Shown: in pieces, positions 61,661 through 64,000 of the stretch
How positions within the stretch are numbered: position 1 is the stretch's first letter
Layout: each line of letters starts with the position of its first letter
NCBI RefSeq assembly: GCF_006345805.1
Contig: NC_043022.1
Location: 8,184,001-8,248,000, forward strand
Origin: Octopus sinensis
Taxonomy: Eukaryota
Length of the DNA stretch: 64,000 nucleotides
Direction: 5' to 3'
The notes under the pieces: model-generated
What the model was told of the DNA's origin: nothing
Database searches by the model: none
What the model saw: the letters and a program-made list of their open reading frames with translations, nothing else
Position numbers and translations under genes: made by a program

Positions 61661-62308
61661 AGGTGTAGGAGTGGCCATGTGGTAAGTAGCTTACTTACCA
61701 ACCACATGGTTCCGGGTTCAGTCCCACTGCTTGGCACCTTGGGCAAGTGTCTTCTACTATAGCAGTGCTTTTCAAACTTTTTGCTGGAGCGGAACCCCAA
61801 GGAAACATTCCACTGGCTTGAGGAACCCCTGTGCAATAATTTAATAGTTTTATGCACACATATCTGCACAGGAGAATTAAAAATTACTGCCGGTTTTAGC
61901 AATTTTGTAACTTCTTGCGGAACCCCTTGACTGTACTGGCGGAACCCTAAGGTTCCGGGGAACCCTGGTTGAAAACCACTGTACTATAGCCTCGGGCCGA
62001 CCAAAGCCTTGTGAGTGGATTTGGTAGACGGAAACTGAAAGAAGCCCGTCGTATATATGTATATATATATGTGTGTGTGTATATGTCTGTGTGTCTGTGT
62101 TTGTCCCCCCCAACATCACTTGACAACCGATGCTGGTGTGTTTACGTCCCCGTAACTTAGTGGTTTGGCAAAAGAGACCGATAGAATAAGTACTAGGCTT
62201 ACAAAGAATAAGTCCTGGGGTCGATTTGCTCGACTAAAAAAGAAGGTGGTGTTCCAGCATGGCCACAGTCAAATGACTGAAACAAGTAAAAGAGTAAAGG
62301 GTAAAGAG
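61661..62308 (+). mobile_element. SINE family A interrupted by a hAT MITE
   Basis: The consensus is contiguous once 61763-61989 is removed. Confidence 0.9.
61763..61981. mobile_element. 219-bp hAT (Charlie-like) MITE
   Basis: TIRs cagtgcttttcaa / ttgaaaaccactg; 8-bp TSD tactatag (61755-61762, 61982-61989). Confidence 0.9.
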
Positions 62309-62779
62309 AATATACTGACAATAATGGTATTGACAAATTTTTAAGTTTGCTTGATATTTTATAAGTGTGAAAGGGATTAAAATTTCGATACTCCATATCA
62401 AAGGTTCCGACAAGAATAGGCGGAAAAGAATTCTGTTTACATATTCAGTTTGATCAGTCACCTTCCTCTGTCGGTTGAGTAAAGTGTCATCCAAGCTGAT
62501 GTTTATTGGTAATTAAACTTAATTTGCAACACCTGTGCGTATTTATCAGTTGTGTTTTTGTTGGTAATTCTTATCAACAACTTTTCCTGTGATCGTGATT
62601 TGAGAAGACATACAGCAGTATTCTAAAGATCAGACATAATCTCTTGTGGGCAAGAAATGTAAAATAAAGTTTATTATAAACAACACAAACACTTTGTAAA
62701 TTAATAGTTTTCAATTTGATACCTGCTAAACTTGTGAAAGCATATTAGAAATGAAATAATTAGAGAATGAAGCGGAGTA

Positions 62780-63010
62780 AACGATGTGATTACAAAATAC
62801 CAAAAGCACTAATTCCACTGGGTCAGACACATCTCAAGGTTCGCAGACAACAGGTGGACCTATGCAACAGACTAGTTGCTTTCAAGAGGTCAGGAGAGGC
62901 TGCTCAGAAGACTTCTGTGATGATAGGAAGACTATTTAATTAAAAAATTTTGGGCCAAAATAGAAAAGAATGGCACAATCAAGAAAGAATTGGATGCGCA
63001 TTGTGAATGA
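62780..63010 (+). pseudogene. RTE-clade LINE C-terminal relic
   Basis: HWVRHISRFADNRWT resembles W.GH..R..DNRWT; stops and frameshifts follow. Confidence 0.5.
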
Positions 63011-63033
63011 GATGTATAATATAACAACATCAT

Positions 63034-63187
63034 AGGTGCAGGCATGGGTGCTTCCCAATCACGTAGTTCTGGGTTCAGTCTCACTGCTTGGAACCTTTGG
63101 CAAGTGTCTTCACTAAAGCCTCAGGCTAACCAAAGCCTTGTGAGTGGATTTGGTAGACAGAAACTGAAAGAAGACCATCGTATCTAT

Positions 63188-63244
<57 letters not shown>

Positions 63245-63274
63245 CTATCTACTATCTATCTACTACCTACCTAC

Positions 63275-63320
<46 letters not shown>

Positions 63321-63323
63321 GTC

Positions 63324-63385
<62 letters not shown>

Positions 63386-63410
63386 CCTACCTACCTACCT
63401 ACCTACCTAC

Positions 63411-63448
<38 letters not shown>

Positions 63449-63463
63449 GTCTGTCTGTCTGTC

Positions 63464-63511
<48 letters not shown>

Positions 63512-63715
63512 TGTGTTTATCCCTCCACTATCACTTCACAACTGATGTTGGTATGTTTATGCCCCTATGACTTAGCTGTTCAGTAAAAGAGACCGATACA
63601 ATAAGCACTAAGCTTACAAAGAATAAGTCCTAGGGTTGATTTCTTTGACCAAAACCCTTTAAGATAGTGCTCCAGCATGGCTGCAATCAAATGACTGAAA
63701 CATGTAAAAGAATAA
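63034..63715 (+). mobile_element. SINE family A with expanded internal (CTAT)n/(CTAC)n/(GT)n
   Basis: Head and tail match the consensus; 63175-63510 is a microsatellite expansion. Confidence 0.8.
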
Positions 63716-64000
63716 ATGAATCCGCTAGTCTGGTTGATAAAATGATACGGTTATGTTCTCTTCAATTTTTGCATTATTTTAAAAGTCTTCTAAGGAGCTT
63801 GTTTCTAACAAAGATACAAAACTCCATCATTGGAATGTAGATAAAAACTAGAAATTCACCTTTTGAACTTGGGAAATGTCTTACATAGTTTTGCTGTTCC
63901 ACTTACAGATTGTATTTGTATATTTGTAATGTGCATGTTAGATGGTTAATTTCTTTTTCTGAAAACTCCAGCTTATCTAAATTGTCACTTATACATTTAC

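Noticed and set aside
63044-63586. 180-aa ORF
   Set aside because: SINE head plus (CTAT)n giving YLSI repeats.

Overview
AT-rich, microsatellite-laden animal genomic DNA made almost entirely of transposable elements. The SINE families and repeat landscape resemble an octopus/cephalopod genome (inference from recall, not from a search). No host protein-coding gene, rRNA, real tRNA or CRISPR array can be supported. Recognisable elements: (1) RLE-type non-LTR 3' ends at 1-810, plus three fragments of a second family. (2) A head-to-tail pair of Helitrons at 16828-19999 and 20000-24258, the second carrying a frameshifted Rep-less PIF1-like helicase, plus several non-autonomous minus-strand Helitrons. 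(3) A 5'-truncated Penelope-like element with a GIY-YIG domain, a ~3 kb CA-rich tail and a terminal hammerhead-like motif (24282-28082). (4) A full-length degenerate mariner with TIRs and TA duplication (32904-34194) and two mariner relics. (5) A decayed APE+RT CR1-group LINE (38281-41575). (6) RTE relics, hAT MITEs, a Helentron-type HINE and many SINEs of about four families. The most striking feature is a near-perfect 362-bp inverted repeat (53564-54375) in which each arm carries a canonical type I hammerhead ribozyme, one on each strand. Other notable signals are several minimal hammerhead variants, exact CTAG|T(C/A) Helitron junctions, an apparent GGTAT target preference of one SINE family, and a LINE/SINE shared 3' tail. 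All coordinates and alignments were made by eye; most long ORFs in the track are microsatellite artefacts.
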